Part shown: positions 45,923-57,873 of the stretch, piece by piece
Position numbering within the stretch: position 1 is the first letter of the stretch
Layout: every line of letters begins with the position of its first letter
Assembly: GCA_030295235.1 (NCBI GenBank)
Contig: AP026135.1
Coordinates: forward strand, 62,001 to 126,000
Length of the DNA stretch: 64,000 bases
Source of the DNA: Fistulifera solaris
Taxonomy: Eukaryota
Reading direction: 5' to 3'
The notes under the pieces: generated by a model
Database searches by the model: none
Told to the model about the DNA's origin: nothing
What the model saw: only the letters and a program-made list of their open reading frames with translations
Made by a program: the position numbers and the translations under genes

Positions 45923-46519
45923 ATGAAAACCACGTCCATTCTTCTCTCTTTTATGGTCATAAATGTGTTTACGCACCATGTACATTCTCTTGTTTGTAAT
46001 CGTCTCCGAGAAATTGTTGAGGAAAATTACGGCGACATCAATTGCCGGTTCCGTCTCGGGGCAACCTTGCGTGGTGGCGTAGGCTGCACTGCCAAATGTG
46101 AGTATACTGACAAGCCAGATTGGTACTATTTAATCAATGGAGAACAAGTATACGGAAGGGCGTTTTTCAAAGTGTCTGAATACATTCGTAGGCGCGTGGA
46201 GTTCGAATATGGAATTCTCCCGGGTAGTGGACGGATCGAGGGTCACTTCGGCCGTTACTCCTTCATGTTCCGCCAATGTGACCCACTCAATCGGTTCTGC
46301 GGATGCGAGGTAGTGGTCGATGGGAATCCCTGCTTTTGTGCAATTGTACCGGTCACTCGCAGGATCAAAACGCGTTGTCCATTCCCTTGGTTGGAAGACC
46401 TATTACCCGAAGAAGGAGTTTCTCCCGCAGACTCGGCGAGAATTTTCCTGAGAGCTAACTCAAATCTTGTCACACTGTTTGATCGCTTCTACAGCTTGTT
46501 TGAAGACGCCTCTAGATAA
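45923..46519 (+). CDS. Secreted Cys-containing hypothetical protein
   Basis: Signal peptide and about ten cysteines in 198 aa. Confidence 0.65.
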   Translation: MKTTSILLSFMVINVFTHHVHSLVCNRLREIVEENYGDINCRFRLGATLRGGVGCTAKCEYTDKPDWYYLINGEQVYGRAFFKVSEYIRRRVEFEYGILPGSGRIEGHFGRYSFMFRQCDPLNRFCGCEVVVDGNPCFCAIVPVTRRIKTRCPFPWLEDLLPEEGVSPADSARIFLRANSNLVTLFDRFYSLFEDASR

Positions 46520-47094
46520 TAGAGGATCAAATCATCCGAGTTCCTTGTTGCGACCCAACGCAGCAGAAGCAAACCACAGTAAACTGAATATGAAACTTGA
46601 CTGTCTATTCCAACTAGCTTGCCTGAGATGAACAGACGCCCCACACACACGGACAGCGCGCTATTATGCATAGATTTTGGCGAAAGTAGCCAGGACAGGA
46701 AACCAATTGAGTCGTCGGTGTAGATGTGCCATTTACGTTCTTTTTTTACATCCAAGGGGGGTCGAAGTGAGTTCCTACCGTGTTGCAAGTTTGAATGCAT
46801 TGAGCAGTTGACGCCACTCATTCCTGTAGCAACAACATCAACGATTTTCACATAGACCTAGCTGAAAAGTCAACGGTTCCTCTACTGCGGTCTTTTTCCG
46901 GGACTGGAAATAATTTCAGTCGGAAACGCTCCGCATTCGGTCCGCACTCCGCACGTCCTGCATGAACCGAGTTGATGTACCAGGTACCATAGGTACTTGA
47001 GCATGCAACGTCGTCTTACGAAGAAGAATGATAATATTATTGAAGACTCGAGAGAGATCTTTGGTTGAGTTGAGTCGATACTAGTATAATTATT

Positions 47095-47718
47095 ATGCAC
47101 AAGTGTGTGTTGCCTTTGCTTGTTCTATTGCTGCATAGTGTTCGTATTTCAGCTTTTCGTAGCTCTCCCACTATTACTTTACAAAGGAGGAGAAGAAGTA
47201 TTGTTGTGATCATGCACGCCTCTCGCTCATCGTTGACAACCACCACGATGATCCCTCGTGCGGCCGTTTCAGTCGTCGTACAATGTCAATGGTCTTCCCG
47301 AAATTATTATTTATTAGTGCAACGAGGACGGGAACCTGCCAAAGGCAAATGGTCCTTTCCGGGAGGCAAAATTGAATGGGGGGAATCGACAGTCCAAGCA
47401 GCTCTACGAGAATTCCGTGAAGAAACGAAATGGGCCAACCATAATCATCCACTCGAATGGTATCCCGGTACGGTGTGTACCAGTGACTCAATTGGATCCA
47501 CGTATCATTATTTGATTGCTCAATGTTATGCCCAAGTGACATCCCCCGTTTCAGGATTGCCGGTCGTAGCGGCTGCGGATGATGCGGCCGATGTGGGGTG
47601 GTGGACATTGGATGACATGAAGACATTGGATACGACACCCGGATTGAGTGAAGTGATACAACGTATCGCACTATTGTCACAACACGGAATGCTTCCTACC
47701 GTGTCTTTGGAAGAATAA
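47095..47718 (+). CDS. Nudix hydrolase with presequence
   Basis: Nudix box GGKIEWGESTVQAALREFREET; ISAFR presequence motif. Confidence 0.9.
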   Translation: MHKCVLPLLVLLLHSVRISAFRSSPTITLQRRRRSIVVIMHASRSSLTTTTMIPRAAVSVVVQCQWSSRNYYLLVQRGREPAKGKWSFPGGKIEWGESTVQAALREFREETKWANHNHPLEWYPGTVCTSDSIGSTYHYLIAQCYAQVTSPVSGLPVVAAADDAADVGWWTLDDMKTLDTTPGLSEVIQRIALLSQHGMLPTVSLEE

Positions 47719-47834
47719 ACTCTTGTATTCTTGATGCACGTGATGGCCGATATGATGTTCATTCTATCGTACAATTGCTATAATATTATCAGATATTGCC
47801 CTTCTACTCTTCGAGAACACGCTGATAAAAGCCG

Positions 47835-50800
47835 CTATTCGGCGGCCCGATCAAAAACATTGGTGTGCGGAGAGGGAGCCGCCAATTCCAGCAATTCCTG
47901 TGTACTCGTATCCAGCAGTGAATCCCATTCAAAGTAACTGGGCTGGGAGTTGCATTCGAAACAGAACGGGCCTGGAGGATTTAGTTCCCAATCCACTTCC
48001 TCTGTTTCTTCGCATTGCGTCAGGCTGAACATCTGCGTCGTGTCGACATCCGTACGACCTTCGAGCTGTTCTCCCCAAATACAAAGGTTCTGTGCGAAGA
48101 AACGACATCCTCGGAACATTTCTTTCATGCTGCGGATGCTATCCAATTGCCAGGATGATAAATCTTGATTAAACGCGGATGCCGACAAGAACATTTGTTC
48201 CATGCTTTGCACACGAGAGACATCCCAGTCGGATAAATCAGCGTTAAACGAGGAAGCCCAGGAAAACATGCCGCTCATGTCCGTGACACTCGCTACGCTC
48301 CATGTCGATAGGTCGCTCGAAAAAGACGAGGCCTGGGAGAACATTTTGGTCGTGGTAGTCGCGTTGGACACCGTCCAGCTGGACAAATCGGCATTGAATC
48401 GGGAGGCGCCTTCGAACATGGAAGTGAAGTTGGTGACACTCGACACGTCCCAATTGGACAAGTCTGCATTGAAGGAGGCAGCAGCACGAATACGGTTGCT
48501 GGAGAATAGTTCACTCAAATCTTGAATTCCAGAGAAGCACCAATTACCAATCTCGTCTCCGTAAGTGACTTCCAGATACTCGAGAGTATCTCCCAACAAA
48601 TAAAGATCCACTGCATTGACAAGTTCTTCTTTCGATGTAAAGCACTTGGTTGGAGCGGGGTTCGGGGTTGGGGTTGCTGTGGTGCTGGATGAGGGGCGCG
48701 GTGTCGGCGGAGGTGGCGCGGACGACGGCGGCTCCCCGGCAAACGCCCATATGTCTCGTCCTGAGAATACATCATCTACAAGGACTTCTTGAATGTTATT
48801 GCTGTCAAGTAAGGTACAGGTATTTGTTGTTTCATCGTCTTGCAAACCCTCGCAGTTGGCTTCAAAACCAATAAACGGCAGATTTGTAGTTGAATTCGTA
48901 CCAAAGCAGATTTCACATAAATTGCAAGCGATGCCATCAAACTCAATTTGGCATCGCAGTGCGAGGCCGTTGCGATTGTATTCAGTTGAGAAACACGCGT
49001 TTTCATATCCTTGGGATCTACTCAGGTATTGCACGCATAATTTTTCCGAAAGATTGGAAGCTGTCCCTTCAATTGGTTCTCGTGATGTTGATATAACGGT
49101 ATCACCGGATGTGAACACATTTGTTCCGGAAACAACCGGCGCAATCGAAGCTGTCGGTGGCGCCGCAGGAGACTTCGATGACGTTTGTGTTGGTGATGCT
49201 ACAGGAGACTGCGACAAGGAATCAGCCGTAGTCGGTCTCAAAGTTGTTGCCTGCGTACTATTTGTTTCCTCGTTGGACGAAATTGTTACAACTCTGGTGT
49301 CGGGGCCACGCAATGAAAGAACAATTATAGCCACAGTGAGAGCTGCAATGGCAGCCATTAACATGAGTATGACGTACTTGAGGGGTATACCCCACATGCT
49401 TGATTGCTTGTTGAAGTAGCTCTTCTCATTTTCCCACTCATCATCCTGACGATTGAACGAAGCCTTTACATCATTTCGAACCGCAGAAGATGGAGCGTGT
49501 TCAACCGACGCCTCGTAGTCCTTTTCATATTCATAATCGTAATCCTCTTCGCTATAGCCAGCATCGTCGTACTCACTTCTTTTTTCACCTCCATAAGCAA
49601 TGGCTCTGGTTTGGATTTGTTGATTGGGTACGTTGTGTTCTCTTTCTGCTGCAGGTGATGGGTGGATAGGTCGTTCATAGTCGTCGAATGCAGGGAAGAA
49701 CTCTGTATCGGTTTCAGGAAGCGATTCCCTTGCTTCCTGGGATGCTGAAAAAATCCATTACGTATTCTGAGTGTTCAGATTTCTTCCAAGATCCAGAGAA
49801 CTGGTCAGAGGCTGTTGATTCATTCCGACTTCTCGAAAAACCGCTGCCACTTCCTTTGTTCCCAGCGTGTCGATTGGGTACACCTTTCTCGTCGTCTGAT
49901 TCTGTCGGCGAGTCTTCATCGTCGTACAAGCTATCGTTCTCATATAAAGTCTCCCGTTCATCATCTTTTCTCAACGCCTCACTCTCGTGGTCAAAGCCAG
50001 GAGATAAGTGCCTGGCGTACAACCCTTCACTATAATGGGCTGAGCTACTTTCATCCTCCCTTGATGAAGCCGATTGTGATTCGCTTCTGCTGCGGTCATC
50101 GTCTCCTATCTTTCCATCACTTCCGTATCTATCATCATTGTCGATTGGTTGGGATCCGTCCCTATACCCGTTATCTCTTGGCTCACTATGTTCATCGTCG
50201 CCATAGGAACTATCATCTTCATACTCGTAGTCTACCTTACGAATAGCATGAGTTGCGTCATTGTACCCGATCTTTGCTTCGTCATCTGCATATTGGCTAA
50301 AGTGTGAAGTTTCGCTATCTTCATCGTCGCCTCGGGCGCTTCTGTCTTGATAAGAGTTGACGCTTCCTTCAACGCTGTTTCCAGACTCCAATATTGCTTT
50401 TCTCGCCAACGACCTGTCCTCGCCATTATCGTTTTGAGCAATTTCGTCCTCGGAATCATAATTACCGCGACCTCGCTGTCCCTGTCTATAGCCGTCTGTG
50501 TGATTCGCAACTTCTCTTTCTCCGGCATCATCACCGACTTGAGATTCAGCGACAAAACTGCCATTACTATGACCTTTGTTTTCAAGCTTGAATTGGGATT
50601 TGTGCCTGTCCTCGATTTCATTGCTGAATTGCGATCTGTCGCTGCGCTCGTCATTCTTGAAATCGGTGAAATGATCCTCATAATAATCTGAGCCTTCATC
50701 GTCGCCATAAGCCCGGTCCGGATCGTAATTATTATCATAGCCTTCAGCATCAACGTAAGCATCATGACTAAATTGTGATGCTTTGCCACTATCACTACTG

Positions 50801-53800
50801 CGCGATGTAATGTCTTTTGGTTCTTCTGTGTCGCCGCCATAGGCCGCGTTGTATTCTTCGTCTGCGAAACTACCTTCGTTTTGAATATCGTTGTCGGGCT
50901 CGGACTCGGACTCAAACTCGTGACACTGAGAACCGTCACTACCCCCGTAACTGTTTGCATCGTTCTCTTGGTCGTAGTCGCGGGGCTCGCTCTCCTGCTC
51001 AGCACCGTTGTATGATCCTGTAGCATCGCTGTCTGTCTCATCAGAATCCCGACCGTCATAATAGTCATTATCTCCTTCGTCAACATTACAGCCAGAAAAT
51101 GATCTGTCATTGTAATCGCCATCTCGAAGTAAGACTTCTTCTCCTTCTGCGTCGCTACCATAGACCGTGTTTTTATCTACGTCGCCGAAACTGCCGTCGT
51201 CTTGATTGTCGTTGTCGGGAACGGACACTAGTTTGGATTCGTGTCCGCTGTCACTGCTGCGGCTATATTGCGATCTATCACTGACCCCGTCGTTGTTTGT
51301 CTCATCATACTCCCGACCGTCATCATAGTCATTATCCTCATCGTCAACATCACGGCCAGAGAATGTTCCGTCATTGCAATCGCCATCATAAGCTGCTTCT
51401 CGCCCCCCTGCATCTGAGCCGTCGGCGTAGTCTCCTTGGTCTTTCTCAACAAAACTGGCGTCGTCTTGATTTTCATGATCAACTTCAGAGTTAGACTCCT
51501 GTAAATTGTCGATACTGTGGCTAGAATTCGATCCATTATTGCCCTTGTAGTCGTCGGAGTCATTCTCATCGCCGTCTGATCCGTTGTACTGAATTTCATC
51601 GTGATCTGCTAACCTCCTATCGTTGCAATGCTCGTCTTGGTCCGGTTGGTCATAATCATAGTATTCATCGCTGACATAACGGCCAGAATATGATTTGTTG
51701 CTGTTACTATCATTTCGGCCTCCGACTTCTTTTCCTTCCTGTGAGTGACCGCCATAGGCAGTGTCGTCCTCTTCGTCGGCGAAACTAACGTCTTCTTGAC
51801 TCTCCTCCTGATCGGAATCGGACTCGGGCTCCGACGTAGACTCATGCGCGCTGTCAGCATTGTGGCTAGATTGTGATCGATCACTGCCCCCGTATCCCCC
51901 ATAGTCATCTGCGTCGTTGTCGTCACCTTCAGACTCGGATTCGTTGTATTGTTCCTCGCCATCGTATGAGTCTCCGCTATTCCGATCGTCATTATAATCG
52001 CCATCTTCATTGTCAGCATTTCGACTGACGTGTGAACCGGTGCTGTAATCGTCATCAACTCCTTCCACTTCTGCATCGCCAGCATAAGATGCAGGCGTTT
52101 GGTAGTCTGCAAAACTGGCATCTTTATCAAAATCGTTGTCATAATCTGACCCCGATCCAGTTGACTGTCCATCGCTGCCCTCATAGAGCGCTGCGTCATC
52201 ATGACTGCCTGTTACTCCATCGTAAAGTTTATCGCCGCGGTCTGATGGTCCGTCACCGATGCTAGATTCGTCAATGTCTCCATCGTCGTCATAATCATGG
52301 TAATCATCATTGACGCTATTAGGACGTGATCGGTCACTGTGATCCCCAATATAATCAGATGCGTCACTGGCATCTTTTAAGTCAACGCATTCAGGTGCGT
52401 CATATCCTTCGCCGACAAAACTGTCATTGTTTTGACTCTGAATATTCGAATAATTTAACTGTAGTTCCGATTCGTATATACTGTCGATATTTTGGCTTCC
52501 TTGCGATCCATCATTGCTCTCATAGTCATCTGCATCGTTCTCATCGCCGCCGTGCGCACTGTATTGTCCGTTGCTACAAGTCTCCTTATTGTGTAGACTC
52601 TCACTGCACTTATCTTCTTCGTCTCCGAATTCGCGCCTAGAGTGCGATCCGTCGCTGTAATCACCATTACGATAAGACGCGTCATTGGTCTCTCCTAAGC
52701 CGTCGCAATCAGGTGCGTCGCACCCTTCGTCGGCGAAGCTGTCGTTGTTTTGGCTATGAATTATGAATTGGGGTTCCGACTCGTGTAGGCTTTCAATGCT
52801 GGGGCTTGCTTGTGATCCATCGTTGCTCTCATTGTCAATTGCGTTGTTCTCACCACCGCCGTCTTTCTTCTTATGGTCATGGCTGCGTACCAAAACCTCT
52901 CCATCGCTATACATCTCATCATCATGGTCCCAATCGTTAACATGATCATCACATTCATCGTCGACATTACGGCCGAAATGTGATCCGTCGCTGTAATCAC
53001 CATCATGGCCTAACGCTCCAGCTCCACGTACAACACCGTCCTCCGGGGCGCTGTAATCGAAACTTCTTTTATTTCGACTCTCTTGATTAAACTCAGATTC
53101 CCACTCGTGCAGCTTGTCGACATTTTGACTATATTGTGATAAGTCGCCTCCATAGTCTTCTGCGTCTCTCTCGTCGTCGCGCGATTCACCTTTATGTTCA
53201 TCGCCAGTCCCGTCACGGTCCAAATCGTCATTGACATCATCACATTCAGGGTCAACATTACGGCCAAGACTGAATCCGTTGCTGAATTCGCCGTCATGGG
53301 CTGCGATATCATCTTCTGCGTCAACGCCCTCAGCAGTACGATAGTCGTTGTCGGCGAAACTACCATTGTCAAATTTGGATTCGGACTCGGATCCACGTCC
53401 ATGGCTACTACCGCTAGAATTAGAGCCGTCGCTGCCATAGTAATCGTTTGCAAGGCCATAGTGCCCATCACCGAATATATTGCCTTGATCTTCATCTTCA
53501 TATTCGTCCTCACCATCAAGGCGACAAGGCGAACCTCTGCTTTCATCGTTGTCTTCGTACAGAACCCGGTTAGGATCATCGTGATAGTCGTCGGGAAAGC
53601 TACTATTGCTTTGACAATCGTTATCGGGCTCAGAATGCTGAGCGCTTCCTCTAGATTGGCTAAACTGTGATAAGCCACTGCAAGAAGTATTGGCTGTGTT
53701 GCCGCGATGTCCTTCGTCGTTTACGTGTACGTTGCTGGTGTTTCGAAATGATTGCGTGCGGTTGTTGTAAAAATCTTCCTCATCTGCATATTCCTTACCA

Positions 53801-56800
53801 GCTTCGGAGACGCCGTAAGAGACTATTATGCCAATGTTTGTTTCTGAAGACACTGCGGGATCGTGTGCATTATCGATACAATGACTAGAATCTGAAAAAC
53901 CATTATTGCCTCCGTTCTCTGTGTCATTTTCATTAGTGTTGATTTCGTCTACGCTTTCATTGCACCGTTCGCGGTCAGAAACTTCGCTGTAAGTGCCGTC
54001 GTGAGTTTCGTAGTGCTTGACATCAAGGCTCAACTGACTCTTGTTGTTGCTGAAATCCATACATTTGTCATTGCCTGCATCATCTCGGCTATTTTCGGTT
54101 CCGTTGTAATCGACATCTTCATTTTTCCTTTTGCAAGAAGAGCCGCGGTTTGATTTGGATTCTACTCCACCCTCGATGACAATTGCTACGCTATACTTCG
54201 TACTATCATGTTTGTACTCGATGTCCTCATCGCCCATCGTTTGGTTCCCTAGTCCAAGATCGTAGTCTTCGATGGTCTCATCCATTTCACCGCTTTCCAG
54301 CCCACTACCAGTACCGCTGGCGCTCGCTTGAGAACCCTGGCTGCAGCCTTCCTCAATGGCGTATCCGTTTTTTCTATCATATCTTGTATCGTCGAAGTTG
54401 TTGAAACTGTCGTTTTGATTGTCAATAACGTAGATCAATTGCGGACCATTACGGTAAGCGTGGCCTGCATTAGCATCTCTTCTGAAAAGGTCGTTAAATT
54501 CTATATTGTCTTTCATAAGGAGTGACTCGCCATCTTCCGCTGAGGCGCTACCGCCTGAATGGTCTTCTTCATGTCGTTCCCCGGTCATGTCACCGTCATA
54601 AACTGAGTGCGAAGCGTCGTTGCATTCAGCGCCAACGTATTCGTACTCCCTATCGACAATCTCACCCTTTGATTGCGAAGCGCCATTACAATCCTTGTCG
54701 TCACCGAGCACGCTTAAACAGTCTCGAGAACGATCCTTTTGTTTTGATTGTTATCGCAGTCACGGTTTTTGCCTTGTGATTCGCTGCTTTTCTCATCAGC
54801 AACTTTATCCTTGATGTCGGACTCAACTTGGTGCCCGATATTGACGTAGAAGCTTGATTTTGAAGTATTATTGTTATCAATACTTGTTGAAATGTCACTT
54901 TTAAAGTCGGCATCCACTTCCCCCAAATCACCGTAGAAGCTATTGTTTCTATCTTGCTCGACATTAAGACTCGTCTGTGACGCATCTTTGTTGGTCCCAT
55001 CGTGTTCTTCAGGGTTGTCACTAACATCGTCGTACTCGTTCTTCAAGCCAAGAATTCTAAACTCGTTACCATCGTTCTCTGCCTGTGATATTTTTTCCCC
55101 AGCTTCGATTTCCGCCTCATTGTGACAAGCGTTGGCATGCATATCAAAATTTTGGGTGCTCTCACAGAAATCTTCAAAATGCTCTTGATTTTCTTCCACA
55201 GGTCGACGTATCTGCAACGCGGTGATTTTGTCAACCCTATTTTCTTCCTCTTGGTCTCTCGAATCCAAACTCGCGTTTGCTCTCATACCATGATAACAAC
55301 TTGACTGTGATTTATCCAGACACTCCATCCAATCTAAAGCCCCATCGGCTTCGTGATCACTATGTTGATCACAAACGTCATTACTGCCACCAACGTACCT
55401 CGATGATGGTTCACCAATGAGCTCTTCTTCAATCCCAGTTTCATCAACTTCTTCAACGCTGTAAGAAGTTTCCGTCAATTGTGCATTATGGACATTGGTC
55501 GTTCGTGATTTTTCATAGAATTGTTGATCCTCCGAAACCTCTTCACTGCCGTCTTCGACAACGCCGTGATCATCGTCTCCATCACCAGTATTACTGTTGT
55601 CGCCTAAACGTGACGCGTCATTCTCTTGATCCTCCTCTCTAGTCAAAGTTTCATCAACTTCTTCCTCGGTGTACGACATTTCGTTGTCATTTCCATCGTC
55701 GTCGTGCCCGCTGGACCGTGACACTGACACTTCTATATCTTCCTCTTCCCATAACTCTTCGCTTGCTTCTTCACCGCCTACCAAACCGTCGTTTTCGTCT
55801 TCATTGTCGTCACACTCGCTTGACAGAGATTCGCTATGATACTCTTCATCATCTTCCGATGGATCCGCTCCGTGCATTTCATCCCTGCCGGAATTTTCAC
55901 TGTCATCATCCTTGTCCTTTGGGGCGTCTTGCGGATTTTCCTCATCACTATCAGGAAATTCAGTACTCGTCACCGAAAAGCTGCTGTCAAAATTCGATGC
56001 CGAGTACCGTGGATTTGCCGCCATTTCTCTCAACGCGGTGATAAGTTCTTCTTCTCGATCCGCAAATTGCTCTAACAAGAAATCAAGATTACCCAATTGT
56101 TCCGGCATCACGTTTGCCACGAGCTTTTCTAGTTTATTGCGAAGAGCTGCTTCGTCATCGTCTTCTTCATCACTGCCCCTGTCTGCCTCTTCCGCGCTGG
56201 GAGTGTTGGATTGTAAAATATCGCGAGTTTGATTGTCTTTGGAATTACTAACGACATGAAGCGGCGTCGTCTGTGGATTGCTAGCATTGCTTACTTCATG
56301 CCCAGCGTGTGAGAATTTAGTATCACAAGGTTTGGCTGAATCGTCTTGTACCGTAGCATGAACCTGCATGAAACTGTCTGCTTTGCTAGATGCGATTGAC
56401 GATTCTGTGAGCGGGGATTGCGATTGACTATGGGTCGAGGTTTCATCATGCTCAATAAAGGGATCTGTTTGAGCGTTTCCTTCCAATTTCTCATTCCTTC
56501 TCACTAAGCTGCCTGTAACACTTCTTCCTAGTGAATCGTCAATATCGTCTTGATCACTGCGTGAAATCTGACTGTTACGGCTGTCATCATCGCGGTGCGA
56601 CCCTCTCCGACTGTTATCCTGACTATACGAATTTTGGGTTTGGCTGTCTCGATGAGAGCTGCTGTCATCTCTACGGCGATGTCTTCCACGACTATGATTA
56701 CTTTCTCTATCGGCATGATTGGAAGCGTCATCATCCTGTCCCCTTGAACTCCCACTGCCGGCATCGTCGTCACCATACAAGTCCCCGCTTCCTTGACTGT

Positions 56801-57317
56801 TGTCCTCCACTTCCTGAATAGGTTTGTCACTGCTCAGACTATTGTCGTCAATCATGTGATGGGAACTATCTTGGCTGTCATCACCACTGTATTGTTGCCC
56901 CTCTTGACCGCTGCTATCGTCGTAAGTTGTTTCGCTGACGTCAATGGACCCCTCCTGCATCGATCTCTCCTGCCCACTATCGCTCATATTGCTGTGACTC
57001 TCCTTTGAGTAGCTTTGGTCGCTGTAGCTGTTGTTACTACTCTCCCTGTGACCTCCATCGTTGTAGCTTCGATTGTCGTCCGATTGAGAACTGTGATCCG
57101 AAATGTGATGGTGGCTTTGTTCGTCGCAGTACTCGCCATCGCTCTCGGCAGATGATACACTGGTCTGATCGCCACTATACTTTTTGCGAATGAGGAGATT
57201 GTTGTCGTGATTTGGCTTGTTTTTGTCACCGATTCGACCGTTCCCAGCGTCTTGTGTGTCTTCGCTGAGAATGCTGTAGTCATCAATCGGGGGAATAAAT
57301 CGCATTTTCCCCGGCAT
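47835..57317 (-). CDS. Giant (~3,100 aa) type II membrane protein: acidic disordered N-terminus, TM, Cys-rich domain, DUF285-type surface repeats
   Basis: ORFs of 894, 1665 and 520 aa join with single indels at ~54743 and ~49750; repeats FNADLSxWDVSxVTxMxxMF. Confidence 0.7.
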
Positions 57318-57873
57318 TAGAAAAATTTCTCTATTACGATCAGATAACAAACTAGAGGACTTTTCCAAGGAGTTGGTGATGCTTAACGTTGAGTTCAATT
57401 ACATCCAGCAAATAATACGCGTTCCAATAGCTGGAGAATAGAATGGATGAGGGCGAGAAGCGAGAAGTCACAAGTCGTCGCACAAAAGTCACAGGCCTCA
57501 CAATAATCCGTAGGGACCGTGACTTCACCGCTACGACATGAAGGCCCAATTAAGTGCATAACTTTCGTGAGATGGATTTTATTGCCCCGATTGGCAGTAT
57601 CTTTATAATTGTAGGAATTGTACCCTCCACACTTCTATGACTATTGGGTCTTGGTGAAAAAAGTCGAGCAGAGTAACAACGGACATTGTCGTCTGATACC
57701 TTGTGTAGAGTAGTCGATCTTAGCGTTTCCGTTCAAAAATGATTCGACAAAATCTCCTTGGAACCCGAAACCCCAATGCTCTTGGTAGTCTAGGTCTGCA
57801 TACAAAGTACGAAAACGTTCTAAAAGGGTCCTAGACAAGCTTCTTATTAACCAAAAATATTAGCCCCAGCAAC

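Noticed and set aside
50232..53678. Long alternative-frame Met/Thr-rich ORFs overlapping the acidic gene
   Set aside because: Expected shadow frames of GAT/GAC-rich coding sequence.
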